64,000 nucleotides of DNA from Candidatus Moanibacter sp. (GTDB lineage: Bacteria; Verrucomicrobiota; Verrucomicrobiia; Opitutales; UBA2987): NCBI GenBank assembly GCA_965215885.1, contig CBDCEW010000079.1:1-64000 (forward strand), in the 5' to 3' direction. How positions within the stretch are numbered: position 1 is the first letter of the stretch; every line of letters starts with the position of its first letter. The position numbers and the translations under genes were made by a program. Positions 1-9,506 of this stretch are shown here, piece after piece. Below the pieces are notes generated by a model. The model did not search any database. It was not told the origin of the DNA and saw nothing but the letters and a program-made list of their open reading frames with translations.

Positions 1-116
1 ACAGTTGAAGAGGTTTGCTGCCGAAGAGACTCTGGCGGAGGCGATCTTTTGTCAGGAAAATTAAAGGATTTTAGACGTTGATCTGGAAGGTATAGCTTCC
101 ACAATCAACGCTTTAA

Positions 117-210
117 TCGCTTCGGGTTTAACCACTCGCTTCGGGGTTAATTCCCCGAAGCTTGCTTCGTTTCTAATTCATAAAGTCTAATATCAAATGC
201 CTCGGGGCTT
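117..210 (+). mobile_element. Partial non-autonomous IS200/IS605-like hairpin mini-element (PATE-like)
   Basis: Follows TTTAA (112-116). Contains hairpin CTTCGGGG-TTAATT-CCCCGAAG/CGAAGCTTGCTTCG and CTAATATCAAATGCCTCGGGGCTT; the latter recurs at ~4843-4875 and ~62367-62399. Confidence 0.5.
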
Positions 211-2054
211 AATTTTTATCTGGCCGATTCAAAAATGGAAAAACTTGGATGGGACGTGATTAAATTGCTTGCAGGGTTAACCCGCTTTAGATTTATTTGA
301 TTATCGATGACACGCAAAATCTGCTTCATTAATTACAAAGGGGGGGGTGGGTAAGACTTCCCTAATCGTTAACACCGCTGCGTGTTTAGCCAAAAAGGGC
401 AAGCGCGTTTTGCTCTTCGATTTTGACACCCAGTCGAACGCCAGCATCTGGCTCTTGCGGCTGGACCGCTGGAACAAATTCAATATCGATGGGAAAGGTT
501 CTGTTTACTCGATTTTCGTTCCCGGTAAAGACAAGGTTAAAGACATCATTATTAAGGACGTTGTACAAAGTAAGAACGGGGATAGGCTGCTGCCGGGTTT
601 GGACCTTGTGCCTACCGCTTTTAACCTTGTGGATCTGGAGAGCGATTATCAAGGCGATCCGAAATGCCCGCCCTATCTGGACCCCATTCGAAAAGCCTTT
701 CGAGCGGGCGGTTTAAGGTTCTCCGCCACGGGCGGACCAGCCTATGGCTGGCAGGTTTCGGGTTTTAGGCTGCCGGCGCTGCCGATGAGCAGGTATTGAG
801 CGGCCATCGGCGTGGCTTGCTGCACAATACGTATATTTGCCGCTGTCTGGAGGCATACTCATCCCGTGGTGCTTTTTTCTCTGAGCTTCAAAGCGGTCAG
901 ATTCAGGCTGCCTGTTCCAGTTCCTCCCCTCGGCGTTTCTTCATCAGTATGATGCGGCAGAAGTTGTAGGCCAGAACCTTCTCGAGCAGTTCATCGCCTA
1001 CCGCATCGATGCCGCGGCGGCCGAGTTCGCCAAAGGCAAATCCATCTTTAATCGTGAACATCAGCGACTCCACTGCGGAGCGATCGCGGCGTGCCTCGCG
1101 ATACGCCTCGCTCTCCCAGTCCTCGGGGGTGGTCAACTTCTTGCCCTTCGCCCCACTGATACTGATCTGCTTTACCCCCATGCTCAGCACCTCCTTGCGT
1201 CCCTTCGCCGAAGCATATCCGTCATCGGTGCTGACCAGTTCAGCAATGACACCGGTGCGCTTGATCGAATCGCCGATGGCCGGCGCCAGCTCAATGGAGT
1301 CTGCCGCGTTGCCTTGCGGTACGATCAGGCTGGTGACAAAACCGTTTTCGCTGCGAACCAGTTGTGGCTTGTACCCGATCACTGGATTGCGGCTGCCCTT
1401 CTTGATGTAGGCCGCCGATCCGTCCGAGAGGCTCAGGACCTTCTGTGTGGACGGTAGCTTCTTTTCGTGAAACACCCGATCATGAGCATACTCAACAACC
1501 CGCTTGGCGTCGGCAATATCACCCCTGATCTGGCTCAATGCCCGCTCCAGAAGCTCCCGGCGAGTGGGAGGCAGTGAATCCATCGACAGGCCCTCTTCAA
1601 GATGGCTCAGTTCCCCCGTTAGTGAGTCGGCCGCCTTGCGGCCCCGCTTGAGCAACCGCCGGTAGTGTTTCTTCAGCTTGCCCTTCGACTTCGGTTTGCC
1701 CGCGGCCAGACAAATCTGAAACTCCAGCTTGTCCATTTCCTCCAGCCAACGCCCAACCCATCCCTTGCGAAAATCCTCCAGCCCGAAGACATGCAACTTC
1801 TGACCCAAACGATTGGCCCGCATCAAAAGACCGCTCAGAATCTTCCCATCGGTGGGCCAGCAGCTGTTTGCTTTCACCGAGGTGCTGTCGATCGTCAGCT
1901 TCCCGAAATCGTCCCATTGCTCCTGGAGGATAAACCCAATCTGTTTATCAAAGATCAACTCGCGGGTCGTATGGCTGACCAGGTTCACGTTCTCCAGAAT
2001 CGTCGTCACCGCCGGCATTCTCAGTCCCCCACTCTGCAAAAATCCGTACAAGCT

Positions 2055-4428
2055 CAGACCTCACTATATTGCCCCTCTAAAGGCACTATGCAATCGCAAG
2101 TTTAAATCCCGATTTTTTGCCCAGTCGGAAGATGATTCTTCGGCCTGAACCGTCGGGCATCAGTAAGGGCTTCTCATTGAGAGTTTGCAGATACTCAAGC
2201 ACCACCGCCTGCACCCGAGGGGGATAAGTTGCGGTGGGGAATAAATGCGCTTCGACCGCACAGCCCCTCTCTATAAGAACGCCGTCACTGTGAGTCAAAT
2301 TGCGAAACAGATCGTGGTCGTCACGATAGTTGTTGTAGCGAGCTTTAAAGGGTTCGAGCTGCTTGTAGAAGCTGTTACGGGCGAAGATTTTCAAGGCATC
2401 CATGAGGGACTTGTTAGCGGTGTCCAGGCGGACATAGTTTTCATCAATGAGGCGCTGCAGCCTCGAGCATTCGGTGTCGATTTGCTCCAGTTCGAGTTGG
2501 AGGGCTTTGAGGGCCTGATCGAGTCGACGGATCTTTTCGCCCCTTGAGGCGCTTTTGCCCGGGTGGGCATGCTCGGCCAGGAGCAGTCTTTTCAATTCTT
2601 CGGTGCATTGCTGTTTTTGCTTCAGGAGGGCTTTGGCGGCACCGCTTTTCTCCTGCTTGTCCTCAAGGTGTTGGGCTAATCGCTTGTAGTGGACGGTGCG
2701 ATAAGAGGTGATCTGATTAATCCCAAAGTGCTTATCGAGGTATTTGAAGTCATTCTCCTGAATCCAGCGACTGAACATCCCTTTGATTACCTCTTCATTT
2801 CGGGCCTGCTGATCGGTCGCCAGGATGCTCACGGTAATGGTTCGATTTTTTGGATTGGTCGCCTCCACGATCCACTGCACCAGTTGAGGATTTTTCTTCC
2901 AGGGGCCCCGCTGATAGCGAAGATGATACTCCTGGAGATCTTCGGCATGGTTGCGCGCGCGCTGCAGGCGCAACTGCCCGTCGATCCGTTGGAGGGGCTG
3001 GGCGCTGGCCTTGTAACCTTTTTCCCAGGTAATGATTTCGAGTTGAGGATGCTCCACGATGGCTTCGTAAAACCACTCCGCGGCGATCGCCCGGTCCACG
3101 TAAATACTCACCTTCTTATCAGCCGGCAGCTGCACCAGCTCGAGCATCGCTTCGCAGTTGGGGATAAACCGTTCCCTTATATCCTCATAGTTGTCGGTAC
3201 TCGCAAAATAGATCGGATAGCCCTTGAGGGTATGAATAAAATCGCTGTGGAGCGCTTTGTCGGCCAGACGGATACCCGGACACCATCCCGCCAGCACCTT
3301 GCTCATTCCGGTGTAATGTTTGGTGTGCGGATCATAATAAAAGCTCTCTTCATCCGAAGCATTCAGGCCCCTCGCGTTCACTCTGAGGATCTCTCTTAAA
3401 AGCCCTTCATCGGCCAGGGCGCTAAGGCTTTGGCGTTGCAGATAGGGGGTATACAGGACTCGCCCGATGAGTTTTTGCAGGTCTTCGAGATCGAGCAGTT
3501 TGCTCTGCTCGATATTGACCGCGGCCAACAACCCGCAAGCCACCCATTGTTTCAAAAGCCAGCCCTCTTCGCGATCAATCTGAGCGACTTCTCTGAGCGC
3601 GGCACTGAACAGAAGTACTCCCAGGTGCCGATACCATTGCACCGCTTCGGAGCTCTCCCTCGAAAAATCGGGAGACTCCTTGCGATTGTCCCCTTCGCTT
3701 TCGGGGCTATTTTCTGCTTCTTGCTCCTGTTCGTCCCTCCCCGAGTCCTCCGGGCAATCCCAGGGAGTCTCCCGATTTTGCGCCCTCTCGGCTTCGGCCT
3801 CCTTTGCCCGGGCCTCTTTAAGCTCCTTAAAGACAGGGCGCAAAGTTTCCCCACTGAGGTTAACTCCGAACACCTCCTCGATCTCCCCCCGTATCTTCTT
3901 GCTGTAGCCATACCGACTCTCCCCATAGATCTGCCCGAAGCGCACCCGCCCAAAACTCCGGATTTCCCTCGTCAATTTGCGATGAGCGCTGCGTCCCGCC
4001 AGCACTCGCGCTAAGGTCTCGGCATCTCCGCTTTGAAGCGCCTCCCCCCACCGCTTCATCGTTTTGGGGTCAACCTCAAATTGCTTCTCTAAGCGCCCTT
4101 TCTTCAACCCCGCATTGTAGAGGCGCCCCACCAATAGCTTGAATTCAACTTGCTCCCGATCGTCCTCTACGACTTCAAAAAGCTCATGCCCGTAATAGAC
4201 GTGCAGTTTGCCTTCGCTCAGATCCCGATAGACCGTGATCGAGGGATTACCCTTGTCCACTCCAAGGATGCACTGTAAGAAGGTCTCTTCTTTGACGGTA
4301 GGTTTCTCCATTTTTCTTCGAATTTGATGGTTCGAAGATGAAGCCTACCGTTTTCTTTAGCTCTTAAAAGCCGGGAATTGTATCTGCGATTGCCCCCTGC
4401 CCGCCAACCCGCATGATAGCGAGTTCTG
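2055..4428 (-). mobile_element. 2374-bp insertion sequence nested in IS copy 1
   Basis: Imperfect terminal IRs CAGACCTCACTATATTGC / CAGAACTCGCTATCATGC. 5-bp direct repeat AAGCT at 2050-2054 and 4429-4433. Confidence 0.85.
2086..4311 (-). CDS. Large putative DDE transposase (741 aa)
   Basis: Fills the IR-bounded element. Motifs YYDPH, YVDRA and RWIQENDFK resemble an IS4/IS1634-superfamily catalytic triad; N-terminal HTH-like segment. Confidence 0.75.
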   Translation of the reverse strand: MEKPTVKEETFLQCILGVDKGNPSITVYRDLSEGKLHVYYGHELFEVVEDDREQVEFKLLVGRLYNAGLKKGRLEKQFEVDPKTMKRWGEALQSGDAETLARVLAGRSAHRKLTREIRSFGRVRFGQIYGESRYGYSKKIRGEIEEVFGVNLSGETLRPVFKELKEARAKEAEAERAQNRETPWDCPEDSGRDEQEQEAENSPESEGDNRKESPDFSRESSEAVQWYRHLGVLLFSAALREVAQIDREEGWLLKQWVACGLLAAVNIEQSKLLDLEDLQKLIGRVLYTPYLQRQSLSALADEGLLREILRVNARGLNASDEESFYYDPHTKHYTGMSKVLAGWCPGIRLADKALHSDFIHTLKGYPIYFASTDNYEDIRERFIPNCEAMLELVQLPADKKVSIYVDRAIAAEWFYEAIVEHPQLEIITWEKGYKASAQPLQRIDGQLRLQRARNHAEDLQEYHLRYQRGPWKKNPQLVQWIVEATNPKNRTITVSILATDQQARNEEVIKGMFSRWIQENDFKYLDKHFGINQITSYRTVHYKRLAQHLEDKQEKSGAAKALLKQKQQCTEELKRLLLAEHAHPGKSASRGEKIRRLDQALKALQLELEQIDTECSRLQRLIDENYVRLDTANKSLMDALKIFARNSFYKQLEPFKARYNNYRDDHDLFRNLTHSDGVLIERGCAVEAHLFPTATYPPRVQAVVLEYLQTLNEKPLLMPDGSGRRIIFRLGKKSGFKLAIA

Positions 4429-4834
4429 AAGCTCATCGACTCGCGCACAAACCGCCGTGCCGGTTTCGTGGTCAACGAACCCAGAAACCCTCGAATCATC
4501 ACGAACACGTATACCGCATAAGCCGGCATCCGCGGCCGGCCTGCCCCAAGATTCAATTCAGCAGCCAGAATATTCTCCTCCTCGATGTCCAGCTCCGGCA
4601 GCTCCGCTGTGCGCCCTTCAAAGAACCTTCGATCTTCCAATCGAAGTTTCTTCTTCTCACGCGCAGGGGCGTCCAGATCCTTCTCGATCGCCTCGATGAT
4701 TTGCGCCGCGAACCCGGCCAATTCTTCAACTTCATCCAGAAAATCACGGAAATCCGTGTCTGGAACCGGCAGAATGAGGTTGCTAAGGGGCGTCTTATCG
4801 CTTTTGTTCTCTTCTGTCATGCTGGCATGTTTAA

Positions 4835-4878
4835 TCGCCAGTCTAATATCAAATGCCTCGGGGCTTGCCCCGAGGAAC
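4835..4878 (+). mobile_element. 44-bp remnant of the hairpin mini-element inserted into IS copy 1
   Basis: Intact IS reads GTTTAA|CTCCTTTC. Here 44 bp containing CCTCGGGGCTTGCCCCGAGG lie exactly between TTTAA and CTCC, with no duplication. Confidence 0.55.
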
Positions 4879-4914
4879 CTCCTTTCTTAATCTTAGGTTG
4901 TTAAACACTAGCAT

Positions 4915-6832
4915 GACCCCATTCGAAAAGCCTTTCGAGCGGACGGTTTCAGGTTTTCCGCCACAGGCGGACCAGCCTATGGCTGGCAGGCGTCGGGTTT
5001 CAGGCTGCCGACGCTGCCGATGAGCAGGTATTGAGCGGCCATCGGCGTGGCTTGCTGCACAATACGCATATTTGCCGCTGTTTGGAGGCATACTCATCCC
5101 GTGGTGCTTTTTTCTCTGAGCTTCAAAGCGGTCAGATTCAGGCCGCCTGTTCCAGTTCCTCCCGTCGTCGTTTCTTCATCAGTATGATGCGGCAGAAGTT
5201 GTAGGCCAGAACCTTCTCGAGCAGTTCATCGCCTACCGCATCGATGCCGCGGCGGCCGAGTTCGCCAAAGGCAAATCCATCTTTAATCGTGAACATCAGC
5301 GACTCCACTGCGGAGCGATTGCGGCGTGCCTCGCGATACGCCTCGCTCTCCCGGTCCTCGGGGGTGGTCAACTTCTTGCCCTTCGCCCCACTGATACTGA
5401 TCTGCTTTACCCCCATGCCCAGCACCTCCTTGCGCCCCTTCGCCGAAGCATATCCGTCATCGGTGCTGATCAGTTCAGCAATGACACCGGTGCGCTTGAT
5501 CGAATCGCCGATGGCCGGCGCCAGCTCAATGGAGTCTGCCGCATTGCCTTGCGGTACGATCAGGCTGGTGACAAAACCGTTTTCGCTGCGAACCAGTTGT
5601 GGCTTGTACCCGATCACTGGATTGCGGCTGCCCTTCTTGATGTAGGCCGCCGATCCGTCCGACAGGCTCAGGACCTTCTGCGTGGACGGTAGCTTCTTTT
5701 CGTGAAACACCCGATCATGAGCATACTCAACAACCCGCTTGGCGTCGGCAATATCGCGCCTGATCTGGCTCAATACCCGCTTCAGAAGCTCCCGGCGAGT
5801 GGGAGGCAGTGAATCCATCGACAGGCCCTCTTCAAGATGGCTCAGTTCCCCCGTTAGTGAGTCGGCCGCCTTGCGGCCCCGCTTGAGCAACCGCCGGTAG
5901 TGTTTCTTCAGCTTGCCCTTCGACTTCGGTTTGCCCGCGGCCAGACAAATCTGAAACTCCAGCTTGTCCATCTCCTGCAGCCAACGCCCAACCCATCCCT
6001 TGCGAAAATCCTCCAGCCCGAATATATGCAACTTCTGACCCAAACGATTGGCCCGCATCAAAAGACCGGTCAGAATCCTCCCATCGGTGGGCCAGCAGCT
6101 GTTTGCTTTCACCGAGGTGCTGTCGATCGTCAGCTTCCCGAAATCGTCCCATTGCTCCTGGAGGATAAACCCAATCTGTTTATCAAAGATCAGCTCGCGG
6201 GTCCTATGGCTGACCAGGTTCACGTTCTCCAGAATCGTCGTCACCGCCGGCATCCTCAGTCCCCGCCTCTGAAGAAATCCGTACAAGCTCATCGACTCGC
6301 GCAGAAACCGCCGTGCCGGTTTCGTGGTCAACGAACCGAGAAACCCACGAATCATCACGAACACGTATACCGCATAAGCCGGCATCCGCGGCCGGCCTAC
6401 CGCAAGATTCAATTCAGCAGCCAGAATATTCTCCTCCTCGATGTCCAGCTCCGGCAGCTCCGCTGTGCGCCCTTCAAAGAACCTTCGATCTTCCAATCGA
6501 AGTTTCTTCTTCTCACGCGCATGGGCGTCCAGATCCTTCTCGATCGCCTCGATGATTTGCGCCGCGAACCCGGCCAATTCTTCAACTTCATCCAGAAAAT
6601 CACGAAAATCCGTGTCTGGAACCGGCAGAATGAGGTTGCTAAGGGGCGTCTTGTCGCTTTTGTTCTCCTCTGTCGCACATGTTGGCATGTTTAACTCATT
6701 TCTTAATCTTAAGTTGTTAAACACTAGTATGTTACGACACTTTTTATCAAGCCGAAAAACTGATTTTTCTCAAGTTTTTCTTGCGCCTTTTGCGCCTCTT
6801 TGCGGCAAATCAGTAGCTTTTCGGATAAGGTC
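4915..6832 (-). mobile_element. IS5/ISNCY-like element copy 2 (1918 bp, divergent variant)
   Basis: IRs GACCCCATTCGAAAAGC / GACCTTATCCGAAAAGC; intact transposase. Outer TATCTG duplication at 674-679 and 6833-6838. Confidence 0.92.
5138..6688 (-). CDS. IS5/ISNCY-like DDE transposase
   Basis: IDSTSVKAN..WPTD, YIKKG..GYK, TDDGY and RSAVESL motifs; likely start MPTCA at 6688. Confidence 0.88.
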   Translation of the reverse strand: MPTCATEENKSDKTPLSNLILPVPDTDFRDFLDEVEELAGFAAQIIEAIEKDLDAHAREKKKLRLEDRRFFEGRTAELPELDIEEENILAAELNLAVGRPRMPAYAVYVFVMIRGFLGSLTTKPARRFLRESMSLYGFLQRRGLRMPAVTTILENVNLVSHRTRELIFDKQIGFILQEQWDDFGKLTIDSTSVKANSCWPTDGRILTGLLMRANRLGQKLHIFGLEDFRKGWVGRWLQEMDKLEFQICLAAGKPKSKGKLKKHYRRLLKRGRKAADSLTGELSHLEEGLSMDSLPPTRRELLKRVLSQIRRDIADAKRVVEYAHDRVFHEKKLPSTQKVLSLSDGSAAYIKKGSRNPVIGYKPQLVRSENGFVTSLIVPQGNAADSIELAPAIGDSIKRTGVIAELISTDDGYASAKGRKEVLGMGVKQISISGAKGKKLTTPEDRESEAYREARRNRSAVESLMFTIKDGFAFGELGRRGIDAVGDELLEKVLAYNFCRIILMKKRRREELEQAA

Positions 6833-7418
6833 TATCTGATGTTTTACGAGCAGATCAAGGAGCTGGAACCCGACTACGATTTCATCGTTTTCGATTGCCC
6901 GCCGAATATCCTGCGAGCTTCACAGTGCGGGGTATTCTCGAGCAATGAAATCTACGTGCCCTCGAATCCGGATGCCCTCAGCCTTATCGGGCTTACCCTG
7001 CTGGTGGAGAAATTAATCCTGTTTCACAACCGTTCCGCGAGTTTCAGAATCAGTGGAATGGGGAAACCGGCCCAGGTGAAGGGTGTGATCTTTAATTCGA
7101 TCAAGGCGAATGTCGACATAGAGGTTCCGAAAATGCGCATGCAACTGCGCCTCAATCAGTTCCGCAATCAGAAGAGAGTTTCGCCGCAAGCCAAGATTAT
7201 GCAGGCGCAGATCCGGGATGCGACAGTGGTGCGGAGGGCGGTTACACTTGGGCTGCCGGTTATTATGGTGGAGAAGGATTTTGAGACGGCCGACAATGTC
7301 GGTAACGATTACTTGAGAGTGGCAAACGAAATAATCAGGCATGAAGATTTGACGTGATCGGGATAATTTATTGAGTCAGAGGGGAAACTGATTCAATTTG
7401 AAACAGAAGGCGTTGGCG

Positions 7419-8441
7419 ATGGAAGAATATAATCAATTGAGTCAATCGGCAGGGGAAACACAAGGTCAGGCGGGAGGGATGTCCGCCGGCTATTCGGGCA
7501 GCTATTCGGCAGAAGATTGGGATGAGGTTCGAAAAAACTTTCACACCAATATCATGGTGGATACGAAGCTGAAAAGCCTGGCCGAAAATGTCGGCATGGC
7601 GGATTGGCCGATCAAGGCAGCCGATGAAACACCATCCAAATACATCGACATGACCTTCGATCAGCTACTCGATGCGCCAGGTATCGTGGAAAAACCGGCC
7701 AGGATCGATCTACTTATCGAAGTGCTGAAGGAGACCCTGGCTTTCGATGACCCGTTCGGCGACATGGTGGAGCAGGTGGAAGCCGCCTCTGAGAAAGAAG
7801 ACAACATCCTCAGGAACGTGGGCAGATTGGAGCTGCCGATGGATTACCCCCTTGATCTGACGAACTTGTCGATCGAAACGAAGCAGTTTTGTAAAGCTGA
7901 GGAGTTGCAGACAATTGGGGAATTTCTCAATTTCTCCCAGAATATGGCACGGAACATCGTTGTGGGAGGCGATTTCCGCAGCTTCCTCAATTCCCTGGCG
8001 CATGTTGATGAGGAAACTATCGGCCGGGCTCTGCCGTTTAGAGTGGGAAGCACCGGATTTCACTATCCCGAAGCGATCGGATTAATCGTCGAAAACCTCA
8101 GCAAAGAAGAGAGGATTGCGCTGTTAAAACGATTCGGCGGGACGGTTTCCGAGGAGGATGAAGCCGGCACGCGCAGTTTGTCTGACGACGAAGTCGAGGA
8201 AATCGAAACGGAGATTCAAGAAAAAATAAAGGAGCTTGATGACTGGTACAAAGAGGAGAGGGAGACGATGAAAGGACAGCTTTCAGAGGGAAAAAACCTC
8301 GATCGCCACTTTGTATTCTTGAACGATCCGGATAAAGAGCTGATCGCCTCCAAGGCGGTGACGATTGCTCTGGGAGGTGAAGTTGCGGCCAAGAAGGGCG
8401 GCCTCTTTAGTGCTTTTTCGAGGATGTTCGGAAAGTCCTGA
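7419..8441 (+). CDS. Hypothetical acidic protein with C-terminal amphipathic helix
   Basis: Long ORF directly after parA; ends KKGGLFSAFSRMFGKS. Confidence 0.75.
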   Translation: MEEYNQLSQSAGETQGQAGGMSAGYSGSYSAEDWDEVRKNFHTNIMVDTKLKSLAENVGMADWPIKAADETPSKYIDMTFDQLLDAPGIVEKPARIDLLIEVLKETLAFDDPFGDMVEQVEAASEKEDNILRNVGRLELPMDYPLDLTNLSIETKQFCKAEELQTIGEFLNFSQNMARNIVVGGDFRSFLNSLAHVDEETIGRALPFRVGSTGFHYPEAIGLIVENLSKEERIALLKRFGGTVSEEDEAGTRSLSDDEVEEIETEIQEKIKELDDWYKEERETMKGQLSEGKNLDRHFVFLNDPDKELIASKAVTIALGGEVAAKKGGLFSAFSRMFGKS

Positions 8442-8546
8442 GGATCACATCAGGTGTTGTCGGCTGCGCGCTCGGAGAGTGGATGAAATTGCTCGAGCGT
8501 TTCCGGGTGCTTTGCTACGAGTAAAGTGAAACCATCGATTTAGAGA

Positions 8547-9143
8547 ATGGATAAACCGAATATAAAATTTCCCAAGCCGCCTAAGAAGGATGTCAGGCTT
8601 CGTCTGGAACTGAACAAGCCGGCGAATTACGCGATTCAGGCGAAGAAGCAAGTTGACAACATAATTAATAAATCCCGGGCGCCCTGGGGAGGAGATGCGT
8701 CCATCATGGGGAGTGAACTCCAGGAACTCGAGAAGTCTCTCCACGAAATGCAGAAGGAGTTGGCCAAGCGGGAGCGGGCCGTGAAGGAAACGGAAATACG
8801 GCTGACCGACCGGGAAAGGGATGTCTATGAGGAGGAGGCATTGCTGACATCGCGCGAACAGTTGCTCGAAGCGACTACAAAAGAAAGTGAATCAAGTTCG
8901 GCTCCTCTGTCCGAAGAAGCTCAGGAAGTGTTGGAAAAACTCAAGGCGGAGTTGGATGAGCAGGAAGCATCGATAAAGGAATCGAAGAGTATGGTGCGCG
9001 AGCGCGAAGAGTTCCTCGAAATGAGCGAAAACACCCTTTTTGAAAAGGCACAGGAGCAACAGGAAAGAGAAACAGAGCAGGATCAACGCGAAGAAGAACA
9101 GAATCGCCGAGAGCAGCAATTGAAAGAGCGGGAAGAAGCCTGA
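8547..9143 (+). CDS. Coiled-coil protein
   Basis: 198-aa ORF with an E/K/R/Q-rich heptad-like C-terminal two thirds. Confidence 0.75.
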   Translation: MDKPNIKFPKPPKKDVRLRLELNKPANYAIQAKKQVDNIINKSRAPWGGDASIMGSELQELEKSLHEMQKELAKRERAVKETEIRLTDRERDVYEEEALLTSREQLLEATTKESESSSAPLSEEAQEVLEKLKAELDEQEASIKESKSMVREREEFLEMSENTLFEKAQEQQERETEQDQREEEQNRREQQLKEREEA

Positions 9144-9171
9144 GGCGCCTGAGAGGCAGACTGTCGGCTAG

Positions 9172-9487
9172 CCCTTGCCCCTACCAGGAGGGGAACTTGA
9201 TAAACGAGACTCGAAGTGAAAAGACCCCTGCCCCGAACATTTCACAGACCTTCTACTACGACCGCGGATCTCACCGCCCATCAAAGCCTTCCCTTGCCCG
9301 CCGATCTCAGAGGGTCCTAATCCCGGCAGGCCGGGATCGCCCGCCGTTCTGCGGAAAGGCATTGGATGGGCAGCGATCTACGCCGTCTCGCTACGAAGTG
9401 TGTGAAATGTCCGGGCTAGGAAGAAACCCACCCCTTGCCCCTACCAGGAGGGGAACTTGATAAACGAGGCTCGAAGTGAAAAGACCC
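9172..9487. repeat. 56-bp direct repeat (9172-9227, 9432-9487) bracketing a MITE
   Basis: CCCTTGCCCCTACCAGGAGGGGAACTTGATAAACGAG(A/G)CTCGAAGTGAAAAGACCC occurs twice with one mismatch. Confidence 0.9.
9229..9418 (-). mobile_element. ~185-bp MITE family A, copy 1
   Basis: IRs (TAG)CCCGAACATTTCAC / GTGAAATGTCCGGGCTA; homologous to 43473-43652 and 50158-50337 in reverse orientation. Confidence 0.8.
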
Positions 9488-9506
9488 TTGGGAGGAGTGC
9501 TCACGC

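Larger units (their letters stand above)
680..4914 (-). mobile_element. IS5/ISNCY-like element copy 1; transposase interrupted by a second IS; left end missing
   Basis: Starts with terminal IR GACCCCATTCGAAAAGC. Transposase pieces at 903-2054 and 4429-4820 are near-identical to the intact copies. Confidence 0.9.
307..7357 (+). pseudogene. ParA/Soj-family ATPase split by an IS composite (segments 307-679 and 6839-7357)
   Basis: MTRKICFINYKGG(V)GKT Walker A, with a G8 run at 340-347 shifting the frame; LLFDFDTQSNAS; YDFIVFDCPP. Removing 680-6832 and one TATCTG rejoins PPYL|MFYEQ in frame. Confidence 0.9.

Noticed and set aside
1009..6694. Recurrent antisense ORFs (133, 264, 106, 80 aa) in each IS copy
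   Set aside because: Shadow frames of the transposase, repeated only because the IS is repeated.
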